From a virus (lineage: Duplodnaviria; Caudoviricetes), in the IMG/VR virus record IMGVR_UViG_3300028862_000314, positions 1 to 59,862 of that record: DNA of 59,862 nucleotides; one strand, given 5' to 3'. This document shows positions 29,554-39,464 of the stretch, piece after piece (position 1 is the stretch's first letter; every line of letters begins with the position of its first letter). The translations under genes and the position numbers were made by a program. A model generated the notes under the pieces. The model saw only the letters and a program-made list of their open reading frames with translations, did no database searches and was not told where the DNA came from.

Positions 29554-30786
29554 TTATTTTTTAGGTGCAGTTGCTCCAAATCCCTTTTTTGCCCCCGGGT
29601 ATCTGCTTAAATCAATATCACCCGTTGATTGTTTCCCGGGCTGAGCTACTACCGGCTGTGCCATCGGTGCAGGTGTGTTGAAATCTCCAATTCCTAACGG
29701 ATCAACGGACTTTGCAGGCTGAACTCCTAGTAAATCCATTCCGTAGGTGCTTATAAGTGCGCTGGCTTCTCCTGTGGTGAAATCATTATTACCCATCCTG
29801 GTAATGAGTGGGTTTTTAACGTCTGTTGCGTTTCCGTATTTGTCCTTTGACGTTCTGTCTGCTACCTTACCCAATATTTCCCATGCTTTTACTCCGTCAA
29901 TGTAAATAATTGAACCGTCTGGCATTTGAACTGGTACTGTTGAACTCGGTGAGAACTTATCAGCAAGGTTAGAACCCTTGTCCCCTCCCTTTAATCCATC
30001 CCTGTACAGCTTATCATTAAGGTTTGCAGCATAATACTGATACCCTAATGTAGCTTTGCGCCCACTTATCTGTTCGGCTAGTTGCGCTTGGCTCATTGCA
30101 AGGGCTTCTTTGTGCTGATCTTTGTTAAGTTGTAGCGTAGCATCAAAATGATCGTTATCCTGTTTCATCTTCTTGTCCTCACGTGCTGCCATGTATTCAT
30201 TCTGTGCTTTCTGTGCCAATGCCCTCTCCTTCTGCAGTTCTTCCATTTCCAACTGACGTGATGTTTGCTGGAATACGTCTTTACCTATTGCAGCTTTCGA
30301 CATTGCGTTACGATACTTGGCTTCGTTGTCAGCATTTATTCTGTCGTTATACTCTTTGAGTGCTAAGGGTGTAAAGGTGTTCTCCTGTGCCAATATAGGA
30401 CCTCCCTTACTTCCGATATAACCACCGTATGCCGTACTTAATCCTTGTCCTAGCGCATTCAGTCCGGCTGCAAACTTCAATCTTTGTTGGCGTTTCTCAT
30501 CAACTGGTGGTGTTCCGCTATCAATCAATGCAGAAAGAGGGTTAAAGCCTAACCTCATGTTTTCTTCCATCCTGGCTTTAAACTTTTCTTCCCGGGTAGG
30601 TTCTGGTTGAACAACTGCCATCGGTGCTATGGGAGCATTAGCATTTAACTGTGGTGCTTCTCCAAAAGCGTTACTTACCTGCGCATCAATATTCGGTGTG
30701 TCCGTATATTCAGAAAATGGAGCAGGGGGAACTACTAACGGCTTCCTCCATTGTGCGTTCTCCTCAAACATATTCATTACATTCAT
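29554..30786 (-). CDS. putative internal virion/ejection protein
   Basis: Gly-rich segment plus Gln/Glu coiled coil; upstream of giant protein. Confidence 0.55.
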   Translation of the reverse strand: MNVMNMFEENAQWRKPLVVPPAPFSEYTDTPNIDAQVSNAFGEAPQLNANAPIAPMAVVQPEPTREEKFKARMEENMRLGFNPLSALIDSGTPPVDEKRQQRLKFAAGLNALGQGLSTAYGGYIGSKGGPILAQENTFTPLALKEYNDRINADNEAKYRNAMSKAAIGKDVFQQTSRQLEMEELQKERALAQKAQNEYMAAREDKKMKQDNDHFDATLQLNKDQHKEALAMSQAQLAEQISGRKATLGYQYYAANLNDKLYRDGLKGGDKGSNLADKFSPSSTVPVQMPDGSIIYIDGVKAWEILGKVADRTSKDKYGNATDVKNPLITRMGNNDFTTGEASALISTYGMDLLGVQPAKSVDPLGIGDFNTPAPMAQPVVAQPGKQSTGDIDLSRYPGAKKGFGATAPKK

Positions 30787-30797
30787 GCCGGTATGTA

Positions 30798-31313
30798 TTA
30801 ACGTGGTTTCTGGCTCGAAGCCTGCATTTCCTTTTGAATGTCTGCTTCTGTTTTGCCTGTGGTGTTCTCAGCTACCTGGAAAGTGTCAGCATAAGGATTA
30901 TATGTTGCATCTGCTTTCCCGTCTGCTTCTGCCCTGGTATAGCTTGGTATGTAGTAATTCCTTGTGTAACTGCCAATCCTTCCGTCAACAGGGCTTAATT
31001 CAGGTTTAGGGTAGTTCTTCTTTAATCCTGATGAATACATTGGATTCGGGGAGTTGTAAGTTGCGTTGAAATAGTCCTGCATCTTCTTAGTCTGCGAATC
31101 GTAATCGTAATTCTTCCCCTGTATCATGTGGTATTGCTCAAACTGATCTTTAGCATACTTCCCGTCACCTGCATCTAACTGTTCATCGGTAACTCCCTCG
31201 CTTCGTACTTTCTGATTAAAGTATTTCAGGTATGCGTTCCAATCGTCAACCTCTTGTTTTGTAGGGGCTGTGCGTTGTTCTGTCGGAGGAGTTGATACAG
31301 GTACTTCTTTCAT
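30798..31313 (-). CDS. hypothetical protein in ejection-protein cluster
   Basis: ORF coupled to neighbours. Confidence 0.55.
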   Translation of the reverse strand: MKEVPVSTPPTEQRTAPTKQEVDDWNAYLKYFNQKVRSEGVTDEQLDAGDGKYAKDQFEQYHMIQGKNYDYDSQTKKMQDYFNATYNSPNPMYSSGLKKNYPKPELSPVDGRIGSYTRNYYIPSYTRAEADGKADATYNPYADTFQVAENTTGKTEADIQKEMQASSQKPR

Positions 31314-31918
31314 TATACAGGCTTTTTGTCAAAGGCTCCGTTAGCCCATGAGTTGAGTATATTGCTTGTTGCTCCGTTTACATTTGCTCCAAACTGGTTC
31401 CATTGGTTTGCTTTTCCTGCAAGTATGTTAGCCTGGTTTGCTTCTAAAGGCTGCATCAGTCCTTTGTACTGGTACATTGTCTGGTCCTTGCGTATATCGC
31501 CAGCACCTACAAGGCCGGTAACTGCATCAGCGTAACTCTTTTGGTTCTGTCCTGATTGCGCTATTACTGCTTCTGGTGTGCTTCCACCGGCAACAGCCAT
31601 ATTAGCCTGTGACTTGTTTGCATCTTTGAATTGTGTCTGTAAACGTGAAAGTCCGGCACGTGCAGCATCAGAATCAAGGTAATTCCTGTAATACTCTTTA
31701 TTGAACCATGAACCTAGTTGATCCATGCGCTGCTTATTATAAGCCTCTGACTTCCTGGCTGCCTTTTCGGCTTGTGATTGTCCCCAAATATTAGCTGCTG
31801 CTCCTACTCCTGCGCCTATAACTGCGCCCCAAGGTCCGAATGTAGCCCCGGAAGCTGCGCCTGAACCAATTGAGCTTAACATCTCATTACCGTTTGCATC
31901 GAATCCTGGTGATGACAT
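31313..31918 (-). CDS. internal virion (ejection/pilot) protein
   Basis: GAASGATFGPWGAVIGAGVG Gly/Ala segment followed by coiled coil. Confidence 0.65.
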   Translation of the reverse strand: MSSPGFDANGNEMLSSIGSGAASGATFGPWGAVIGAGVGAAANIWGQSQAEKAARKSEAYNKQRMDQLGSWFNKEYYRNYLDSDAARAGLSRLQTQFKDANKSQANMAVAGGSTPEAVIAQSGQNQKSYADAVTGLVGAGDIRKDQTMYQYKGLMQPLEANQANILAGKANQWNQFGANVNGATSNILNSWANGAFDKKPV

Positions 31919-31935
31919 AATCCTAGTATTTTCTG

Positions 31936-32029
31936 CAAACTTATAACACCTTACTATTCCAAATGTGTTTATTTGTCATAAATTAATGACAAAAACACCA
32001 TGTTAGTACTGATAATCAGAATAGTTTTG
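31936..32029. promoter_or_regulatory. divergent putative late promoters
   Basis: Back-to-back ATGACAAA boxes, each 44 bp to the end of a TAnnTTTG element (TAAGTTTG minus, TAGTTTTG plus). Confidence 0.6.
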
Positions 32030-32048
32030 CAGGTTTAATAATTATGTT

Positions 32049-34886
32049 ATGGGTCAGATCGCAAACATATCACCGAAAGGAATCATAAGGAACACCCCGG
32101 ATTCGTCATGTGTAGATGGTTCTTTGTTGGAAGCTATCAATATCCGCTTTCGTGATGGGGCCTGGCGTGGTATCGGTGAGAAGAAAGCAACAGGATATTA
32201 TGCTGAATCTGTTTTTATTCTTGATGGCATAGCGTATCACCCGGCACTTCCTGTTAATACCTATGTGGTCCATAACTCGGCAGACAATAAGATTTATACC
32301 GTTCTTTTCACAAATGGTAGTGCTGTTCAGGTTTCAACTGCTGTTCTTACGCTGGAATCGGGAGAGGTATTCAGTAGGTTTTCGCATCTTGGGAATGTAT
32401 TATTTGTTTTCACGGACAGGAGAAAGTATTTATTGTATTGGGATGTTAAGACACTCGCTTATATCAATCTGACTAAACTACCACAACCTAACATGCAGGT
32501 TGTTTCAATTCCCACAACTGACGATTTAGATTATTTTATTGCGGAGTTTAACATACCGGAACCTGTTGGATTAGTCGAAACAGGCGTTGGATCAGTTGTT
32601 GAGGAATACATTAAGAACCAGGTAATGAGTTCATATTACTTGAAGATGGATTCATACAAAACTCTGAATTATATCACCGGAGTTTTCCTTTTGCGTATAG
32701 CTTACAAGCTATTCGATGGTACTTATATCAATCACAGTATTCCAATATCTGTTTCAATAAGCCCAACAACAGGAACATATTTTATACCCGTAATAGCATA
32801 TTGGACCGTAACTGGTGGCTATCATGCTACAATGAGGGGGATAGCCGTATCAAAAAATATATTCAAGTATGATTTCTTTAATGCTGTCGATTTTAATTTT
32901 AAAGATTATTACGATGCCGGTATTATTGAATCAATGGATATTTTTTGCACTGAACCATTCGTTACACGTGACTACAATCCTAATTCAATGGTTTGGGGTC
33001 ACACGACATTGCCGTCTGGAGCAATTGCCCTTACCCCTAATTTAAGGCCTGAGTTTAATACAATTATCGAAGATGCCGTATTCTATAAAATGCACTCTAT
33101 ACCGGTTTCTGATCTCGTTAAAACTACAAATAACGTAGGTAAATACGGAAGGATAGAGCTTGACTTCAGTAAGATTGTTTCAACTAACGAGTTAATGCCT
33201 GCTGATGATTTTTCACATCACGGAATTAATGCGCTGGCAGATTATCAATACAATAGCAGGATGCACCTGGGTAATGTTTCGATTCTTCCTACATTACCAT
33301 TAGACAACAGTGTTAACCCTCCGGTGATAGGAATAAAAGCTGACCTTTCCGGGTTAGAGTTACCCGTAGAAGGTACTGATAGCTCGCTGATTGTTTCTTA
33401 TGATCCATACACCGGGTTAGATATTCGCTGCCGTGTGTACATTAAAACAGCAAACGGAGTTGTTATTGTTGATGGACCTGTACCTAAGAACAGGCCGGAA
33501 ACAGAAGCAGATGGTGTTACCATAACAGGTATATTCACCCCGGCAAATTACTCTTATGCTTTCTTCACCGATTCAACCAATAACTATATAGCATTAAGGA
33601 ACCTTATTTCATATCCAGATTACCGGGCTTATAAAATGAGATTCTATTATACTTACCTCGGAATAAAGTATGTGTTGGCGGATTTTGATTTAAAACCTGC
33701 AACAAATATGAACATTGCTTACTTCGGTACTATCCCGGAATCAACTACTTCAAATGTCATTAACCTGACAATGCCACTTACTTTAACTGCTGGCACTGTT
33801 TATACTGATACGGATTGGAACATTACAAACATCATCCGCGACACAAACCGTATGCAGGTATCAGAAATATTCAATCCTTTTATCTGGCCTGCTAAGAACT
33901 CATATAGATTCGGATTGATACACAATGAACTCATAGACATTTCAACGGTACAATCGCAAATGAGTGATTCCGCTTTTGGTATGTACCCTATTTATGTTTT
34001 CACCAGGTCAGGAGTTTACGCTATCCAACACGGGACCGGGGAAGTACTATATCAAAGTATTCAGCCCTTGAATAATGAAATACTTATTTCTCGTGGCTCG
34101 TTGTGTGCTATCAGCGGAAGTATTGTGTTTGCCTGCAAAGAAGGAATAAGGGTTATAACAGGATCTAACAGGCCGGAGGAGATAAGTATTCCTGTTGAGG
34201 GTTCAATTAATAACCCATTAGCCCTACTGCCGTATTATTATGATGCTCTCACGGGGTTCAGGCTCCCACAAATCAATAATTACCGTACAGGAGTAACCTT
34301 TTTAACCTACATTCAGGCTGCTAAGATTTTTTACGATGTTGAGAACAAAGAAATAATTGTATCAAATCCGGCATATCTGTACTCATACGCATACTCTCTG
34401 TTCACTGAAAGCTGGGCCACAAGGACTGATGTATTCACCGATGTACTTGTTATCGCTGGCAGGCAGATAGCTGTTAAGCGTAGCTCTGCAATGGATGGCG
34501 ACACGTTGGTATATACTTCTTCCCTTCATTACCTAGACACGGAAGATACTACAACAGGCCTATGTGATTACATGCTGATGCAGACAAGGCCCCTCAATTT
34601 CTCAAACTCGGCAAATAAGCATATCAATAAGCTAATAAGCAGGTGTAGAGTTATCACAAAGAATCAGGAGAACGCTATACAAATAGTTGTTGGTAGTAAT
34701 GACTTGATTACTTGGCAGATAATATCATACGTTCAGTATAGCGGAGATCAAGCAAATATGATAAATACTAATCCGTCAGGCAATTTTAAATACTTTGTAA
34801 TAGCTATTGCCGGAGAAAGAAAAGGATTCTACCTTAACCAGATTGATATTGACTGGAAGGAAAGATTTAATGATAAACTACGATAA
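32049..34886 (+). CDS. tail nozzle/stabilization protein (tail tubular B / P22 gp10-like)
   Basis: 945 aa beta-rich; DG.L.E.IN, YNSRMHLGN, SE..NPF, FG.YPIYVF motifs. Confidence 0.7.
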   Translation: MGQIANISPKGIIRNTPDSSCVDGSLLEAINIRFRDGAWRGIGEKKATGYYAESVFILDGIAYHPALPVNTYVVHNSADNKIYTVLFTNGSAVQVSTAVLTLESGEVFSRFSHLGNVLFVFTDRRKYLLYWDVKTLAYINLTKLPQPNMQVVSIPTTDDLDYFIAEFNIPEPVGLVETGVGSVVEEYIKNQVMSSYYLKMDSYKTLNYITGVFLLRIAYKLFDGTYINHSIPISVSISPTTGTYFIPVIAYWTVTGGYHATMRGIAVSKNIFKYDFFNAVDFNFKDYYDAGIIESMDIFCTEPFVTRDYNPNSMVWGHTTLPSGAIALTPNLRPEFNTIIEDAVFYKMHSIPVSDLVKTTNNVGKYGRIELDFSKIVSTNELMPADDFSHHGINALADYQYNSRMHLGNVSILPTLPLDNSVNPPVIGIKADLSGLELPVEGTDSSLIVSYDPYTGLDIRCRVYIKTANGVVIVDGPVPKNRPETEADGVTITGIFTPANYSYAFFTDSTNNYIALRNLISYPDYRAYKMRFYYTYLGIKYVLADFDLKPATNMNIAYFGTIPESTTSNVINLTMPLTLTAGTVYTDTDWNITNIIRDTNRMQVSEIFNPFIWPAKNSYRFGLIHNELIDISTVQSQMSDSAFGMYPIYVFTRSGVYAIQHGTGEVLYQSIQPLNNEILISRGSLCAISGSIVFACKEGIRVITGSNRPEEISIPVEGSINNPLALLPYYYDALTGFRLPQINNYRTGVTFLTYIQAAKIFYDVENKEIIVSNPAYLYSYAYSLFTESWATRTDVFTDVLVIAGRQIAVKRSSAMDGDTLVYTSSLHYLDTEDTTTGLCDYMLMQTRPLNFSNSANKHINKLISRCRVITKNQENAIQIVVGSNDLITWQIISYVQYSGDQANMINTNPSGNFKYFVIAIAGERKGFYLNQIDIDWKERFNDKLR

Positions 34887-34901
34887 TAAACTAAAATAGT
34901 A

Positions 34902-35195
34902 ATGGCAGCACCACTTGGACATAAGAAAGCAGGAGGCAGACAGAAAGGCACGACAAATAAGTCTATTAGTGATTTGCGCTCTATATTCAGCACTCTGCTT
35001 ATCAATAATGAGGGTAATATGCAGACATGGATAGACAAACTAGCTCAACGTAATCCAGGCAAGGCACTAGAGATTATAACAAAAATGGCTGATTATCTTA
35101 TTCCTAAACCAATTCAGGAAGGTGAGAAGTCACCGGAACTTGATTGGTATGCTGAACAAGCCCGGAAGATGATGGAAAAGAGTAAGACTGGCTAA
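34902..35195 (+). CDS. terS: putative terminase small subunit
   Basis: GHKKAGGRQKGTTNK and Y.IPK motifs typical of small terminases. Confidence 0.65.
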   Translation: MAAPLGHKKAGGRQKGTTNKSISDLRSIFSTLLINNEGNMQTWIDKLAQRNPGKALEIITKMADYLIPKPIQEGEKSPELDWYAEQARKMMEKSKTG

Positions 35196-35481
35196 GGATA
35201 TTCAAATTCCCTGTTATGTATTCTTCAATAGCTAAATACTGATTATAAAAGTCACTATCAATATTACAATCCCTAAATTTGTTCATCGAATGATATACTC
35301 TCTGTATGTCGCATCCTAATATTTCAACTACTTGGTGATCGCTTAACTTTGTGGTCCGCTTCAACGCTATTATAATAATCTGATGGCAGCGCATAACTCG
35401 CCTGGCGCGACTACTCCTGAACTCTTTTGGAGTAACAGAATAAGTTTTACATACGAGTTCTATTATTTGCGCAGGTGTCAT
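35104..35481 (-). CDS. DnaA C-terminal-like HTH protein
   Basis: IIELVCKTYSVT...S.R.R and LS...V..ILG.D...VYHS. Confidence 0.55.
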   Translation of the reverse strand: MTPAQIIELVCKTYSVTPKEFRSSRARRVMRCHQIIIIALKRTTKLSDHQVVEILGCDIQRVYHSMNKFRDCNIDSDFYNQYLAIEEYITGNLNILSQSYSFPSSSGLVQHTNQVPVTSHLPELV

Positions 35482-36149
35482 ATATGAATCTGATTAATCG
35501 GTGATTGAATCCTGCTAATTAGTTTATCAGAAATATGAGTGTAGATAAGAGTAGTCTTTACGTTATTATGACCGGCAAGCTTCTGGATCAGATTAATGTC
35601 AGTACCGGCCTCTACCATGTGAGTGAATGCACAATGTCTGATTAAGTGTGTGTAAACTCTTTTACTTATTCCGGCCTTTTCTGCCAGTTGTTTCATAACT
35701 TCATTCACCGATCTATCTGAATACTGAATACCAAACTGTCCATTAAGGACATATTCCTTTGAATGATATTCTTTGTAGTACTTTTCGAGCAGTGGAATAA
35801 TGACATCAGGAAGCATCACTTGACGGTCTTTATTTCCTTTGCCCGCAACAATGTTTATAATCATTCTGGACCTGTCAATATGGGACCATTTAAGATTGAT
35901 TAATTCACTTACTCTTAATCCTGTTGAATAGAGAAGTGTTAGTATTACTTTATGCTTCGTATTTTCGCATACACTGAACATTCTTTGAATTTCATCCTGG
36001 GATAAAACTATTGGCAGTTTATTATTTTTCTTAGCGTAAGGAATCCACTTGAATTTATCTTTTTGATTCAGGCATATATCATAGAATTTCTTAATTGCAC
36101 TGTGATAACATTTTTGAGTGTTGGCAGCAATACAATAGCTACCTGACAA
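35478..36149 (-). CDS. tyrosine recombinase (integron-integrase-like), apparently 5'-truncated at the first cassette junction
   Basis: KLP.VLS, GLRVSE, GKGNKDR, HLIRH, GH, TLIYTH give an intact R-K-H-R-H-Y set; only a TTG start, located inside cassette 1. Confidence 0.85.
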   Translation of the reverse strand: MSGSYCIAANTQKCYHSAIKKFYDICLNQKDKFKWIPYAKKNNKLPIVLSQDEIQRMFSVCENTKHKVILTLLYSTGLRVSELINLKWSHIDRSRMIINIVAGKGNKDRQVMLPDVIIPLLEKYYKEYHSKEYVLNGQFGIQYSDRSVNEVMKQLAEKAGISKRVYTHLIRHCAFTHMVEAGTDINLIQKLAGHNNVKTTLIYTHISDKLISRIQSPINQIHI

Positions 36150-36564
36150 TTTTGTTTATAAGTTGAATTGGGGTACAGTTAAATTTTTCAGAAAGATTAA
36201 AAATTGTCATTGCTTGGTTTCTTGTTGCTGTCAAATCTAACTTCCATCTTATTTCTGCAAATATTCCGTTTTTACGCATTCCGGATAAAGTAAATTTTGA
36301 TACGTCCATTTGTCCGGGTACGCATTCTCTACACCAAAAATCATCTTGTTCATCTTCGGGTAGTTGATTATAGTATTGTTCTACTTTGTCAAAATCTAAA
36401 ATAGCAACATAGTTATCATCATCATCGTTCTCGAACCCACTTTTAAAAGGTTTCGAGTGTTTGCATCCTGAAAAGGCTTGTATTACCTTTTCACCACAAA
36501 TGAAAAATGTACTGCTGCCAACAACAGGTATATTCAATTGCGGGGTTTGTGGTAATTCGTTCAT
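36139..36564 (-). CDS. cassette 1 hypothetical protein (start inside attC loop)
   Basis: N-terminal LNIPVVGSST is encoded by the attC arm. Confidence 0.7.
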   Translation of the reverse strand: MNELPQTPQLNIPVVGSSTFFICGEKVIQAFSGCKHSKPFKSGFENDDDDNYVAILDFDKVEQYYNQLPEDEQDDFWCRECVPGQMDVSKFTLSGMRKNGIFAEIRWKLDLTATRNQAMTIFNLSEKFNCTPIQLINKIVR

Positions 36565-36646
36565 TTATTATCGTATTTAAGTTATTACTGTTTGATAATT
36601 TTGCGCTTCGTAGTCCGCAACTGAAATATACCCGCGGACGTTAGCC
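36516..36646 (+). repeat. attC-like site 1
   Basis: TGCCAAC..GGTATATTCAATTGCGG / CCGCAACTGAAATATACC..CGTTAGCC. Confidence 0.8.
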
Positions 36647-36733
36647 AATAAGTTGCGCTGTAATCGTGTCTTAAAAATCTAATCCAATTCAAGACGGTTT
36701 CGCAGCAATTCAATGAGCATTAGCGCAACCTAT

Positions 36734-37230
36734 TGCTAACAGAGTATATAAAAAATTAAATGGTTTGAGCAATCTGTGCGGGTTCGGCTGTCAAATCTTC
36801 GCCAGTTAAAGCATACCACAAGTTTTGCAATTGGTGTACAAAGTTTATTTCAGCAATCCACACTTCTGATTCTCCAAAATAAACCTGTCCTTCAACAGTA
36901 ATTACCAATTCACCTTTGTTATAGTATCCAGGGTGTCCGATCTCAAATCCAAGTTTCATTAACCAATATTCTGATATTGTCTTACCTTCTAATTCAGAAA
37001 ATGAAATAAGGTCAGTTTTTAATTTATCCTCAAATAAATATTCAACTCTTGCGAAATCGTATTTAATTTCAACAACGGTCAACAATGCCGGCTTGCCTAC
37101 TATCGGGTCCCATTTATACGATAAATAATTCCCAATTTTTAATTCACTTTTTTTCATGTTTTTACAATATTTAGGTAGAGTTAGTATTTTAGGTAACCAT
37201 TTAACTTTTCATATACTCCATACGTTATAA
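36734..37230 (+). repeat. attC-like site 2 (gene in loop)
   Basis: CTAAC.GAGTATATAAAAAATTAAATGGTT / AACCATTTAACTTTTCATATACTC..CGTTATA. Confidence 0.8.
36756..37157 (-). CDS. cassette 2 phage protein (ELKIGN...VHQLQNL family)
   Basis: Paralog of 12908-13264. Confidence 0.7.
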   Translation of the reverse strand: MKKSELKIGNYLSYKWDPIVGKPALLTVVEIKYDFARVEYLFEDKLKTDLISFSELEGKTISEYWLMKLGFEIGHPGYYNKGELVITVEGQVYFGESEVWIAEINFVHQLQNLWYALTGEDLTAEPAQIAQTI

Positions 37231-37512
37231 GCCATTTTTGCCACCGCACCCATACTTCATGCTTTTCGGTAAGCAATCCATCATTTCTTTATCCAACCAC
37301 AGCACTTTATCACAATTCTTACATTTCCAACCATAAGCAGTCCATTTACTGATTTGTGTTTTACCACTTAATGAATGCTTGTGCTGTGATTCTATCTCGT
37401 CAATGTATGGGTTTTCCATATCAAATTCGTGTTTTACCCCAAATAAAAAACGGCTTATAACAACAAGTATAGGTAATTTGCCGTTCTTCAATTTAACTTT
37501 TTCTATATTCAT
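37225..37512 (-). CDS. cassette 3 small Zn-binding protein (start in attC loop, TAA stop in crossover core)
   Basis: CKNC motif; LPILVVISR is encoded by the attC arm. Confidence 0.65.
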   Translation of the reverse strand: MNIEKVKLKNGKLPILVVISRFLFGVKHEFDMENPYIDEIESQHKHSLSGKTQISKWTAYGWKCKNCDKVLWLDKEMMDCLPKSMKYGCGGKNGL

Positions 37513-37583
37513 AATATTTATCTTTTAATTTAAGTTTCTACTAATTTTGATGGGCAAACTACCCATACTTGCAGCCGTTAGCA
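37455..37583 (+). repeat. attC-like site 3
   Basis: ATAAC..AAGTATAGGTAATTTGCC / GGCAAACTACCCATACTT..CGTTAGC. Confidence 0.8.
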
Positions 37584-37613
37584 GCTATTAAAACAGTACG
37601 CTCGTTCCTCGCC

Positions 37614-38150
37614 TGCTAACATGGCATAAGAACAAGTGCTGGCGGTGCTTCGATTTAGCATTTCAACTAATTTTACCATAATTATTTTTTTGCCAACGCT
37701 AAAACTTCTTTATTGTATTTTTTCTGATAACCTTGAAATATATGTGGAAAATTTTTTCCAGTACATACCATATAAATTGCAGTCTGTGAAACATTATATC
37801 TTAAAGCAAGTTCCTTTTTGGATGTTCCATTTTTTAAAACTTCAATAATTATTCTTATTGCTTTAAAATCATTTAATTTTCTGTGTGGATTTCTGAATGA
37901 CCGAACATTCATTCCTTTTGGAGTTTTTGATTTGCATATTCTTTGTATGTGATTAAAATTAACTGGATATAATTCTGCAATTTCTTTTGAAGATTTATTT
38001 TCCACAAACCATAAATTTTGTATTTCCAGTTTTTGTTTTTCTGTAAGTTTTATATTACTCATATTTCCCCTCCTTAAAAAAATAATTATTACTGTAGTGT
38101 TTCAATCATACTGTACGTTTGCACCTGTTCCTATGCCGATACCGTTAGCA
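37614..38150 (+). repeat. attC-like site 4 (gene in loop)
   Basis: CTAAC..GGCATAAGAACAAGTGC / GCACCTGTTCCTATGCC..CGTTAGC. Confidence 0.8.
37682..38062 (-). CDS. cassette 4 tandem-HTH DNA-binding protein
   Basis: SSKEIAELYPV and SKKELALRYNVSQTAI motifs. Confidence 0.7.
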   Translation of the reverse strand: MSNIKLTEKQKLEIQNLWFVENKSSKEIAELYPVNFNHIQRICKSKTPKGMNVRSFRNPHRKLNDFKAIRIIIEVLKNGTSKKELALRYNVSQTAIYMVCTGKNFPHIFQGYQKKYNKEVLALAKK

Positions 38151-38234
38151 ACTATATGCGCATAACAGCAACTATAAAAACGATTCCAACACTTAACACT
38201 TTCGCAGCAAGTCCGGGCAGATAGCGCATACAGT

Positions 38235-39038
38235 TGCTAACACAGTATATAACAAACGCGAACGGCACAGCAACTATTAAAGGGTAATCGTTTATCATCA
38301 CAAATAATAACATGGTTGTACAAGTGGTTTTTACCATAATTCAGGCTGTAATTTATAATTTTGAAATCTTTTCTCTTGTGCGTCGTAATAATCTTTGTCA
38401 TTCTCAAATCCTACAAAATCAATGTTGCCAGTTCTGTATGCTGCAATTCTGTTTGATCCTGATCCTAAATGCGTATCAATTACTTTTCCGCCTTCAGGTA
38501 AATAGTTTCTGTAAATCCAACTGTAAAGCTGAACCGGCTTTTGTGTTGGATGTATTTTGTTTTTCTCGAGCAGTACGGAATATCTAAATATCTTATTTGA
38601 TCCATCAAATGAAGTCCAAGCGTAATCAAACATTCCAAAGCTAAGTTTTTCGGGTTGTCGCTTATCCCAGATAATACAATGTTTTGTTGCTGGAAGTGGA
38701 TAATAGTTGCCACCCCAAATAATCTGATTTTTGGAAATTCTGAAAAGTTCATCAAAGTATTCCATTGATATTGGCTTATTATCCCATTTCTTTGCGGTCA
38801 ACCCTTTGTCTGTTACTAATCGAGGGCTATTACCTATACCAATTCCAAATTCAGGATCAACCACAGCCAAATCAAAACAGTTGTCGGGATAGTTACGCAT
38901 GTTCACAAGGCAATCATCGAAAAAAACTATATTATTCATGTTGGTTCAATATTTAGGTAAAGTGAGCGTTATTATTTGTTTACTTTTCGTTTGCAATCAG
39001 GCAGTGGGTTGCGCTTGTCATATACTAATACGTTATGG
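38235..39038 (+). repeat. attC-like site 5 (gene in loop)
   Basis: CTAAC..AGTATATAACAAACGC / GCGCTTGTCATATACT..CGTTATG. Confidence 0.8.
38331..38939 (-). CDS. cassette 5 DNA amino-methyltransferase (N4/N6, beta class)
   Basis: DPEF motif IV variant, HPTQKP, IDTHLGSGS. Confidence 0.85.
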   Translation of the reverse strand: MNNIVFFDDCLVNMRNYPDNCFDLAVVDPEFGIGIGNSPRLVTDKGLTAKKWDNKPISMEYFDELFRISKNQIIWGGNYYPLPATKHCIIWDKRQPEKLSFGMFDYAWTSFDGSNKIFRYSVLLEKNKIHPTQKPVQLYSWIYRNYLPEGGKVIDTHLGSGSNRIAAYRTGNIDFVGFENDKDYYDAQEKRFQNYKLQPELW

Positions 39039-39087
39039 GCAACCGTAAGACCGCTCCGAAAGGCAGCCTTACGACGCCACAATTTCA

Positions 39088-39225
39088 CTACTTTAGTTTT
39101 GCAACCAATTCAAGTAGTTTTTCTACTACGGTCGTAACCGCTTCTTTTTTCTCTGCCCTCATTAATGGGTCAATGCTTGCCGATAAAGTGGCAATTGCGT
39201 TTAATAAATCCTGTTGATTTTCCAT
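39088..39225 (-). CDS. cassette 6 small helical protein
   Basis: MENQQDLL...; ORF can be extended to 39285. Confidence 0.5.
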   Translation of the reverse strand: MENQQDLLNAIATLSASIDPLMRAEKKEAVTTVVEKLLELVAKLK

Positions 39226-39281
39226 ATAAATTGTGGGTTTTACAATGCCCTCCCAAGGCGTATTATTTAAAAAACGGCAGC

Positions 39282-39377
39282 CCATAACACGTTGTATACG
39301 TCAGTTTTGCCGTGTAATTTCGTATAAATTGATAGCTGTGTGCAGGCAAAACCGCACGCATACAACCACCGTTAGCC
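39282..39377 (+). repeat. attC-like site 6
   Basis: CATAAC..GTTGTATACGTCAGTTTTGCC / GGCAAAACCGCACGCATACAAC..CGTTAGC. Confidence 0.8.
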
Positions 39378-39464
39378 AATAAGCTACGCATACAGCGTGT
39401 AATAAAACGTTAATCTTAATTTTCAATCTTCGCATCGGTTCAGAAAGTTTGGTGCGTAGCCTAT

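Noticed and set aside
38152-38337. 61-aa hydrophobic ORF over cassette 5 arm and body
   Set aside because: Lies across att stems and may be incidental; cannot be supported, though translation is not excluded.
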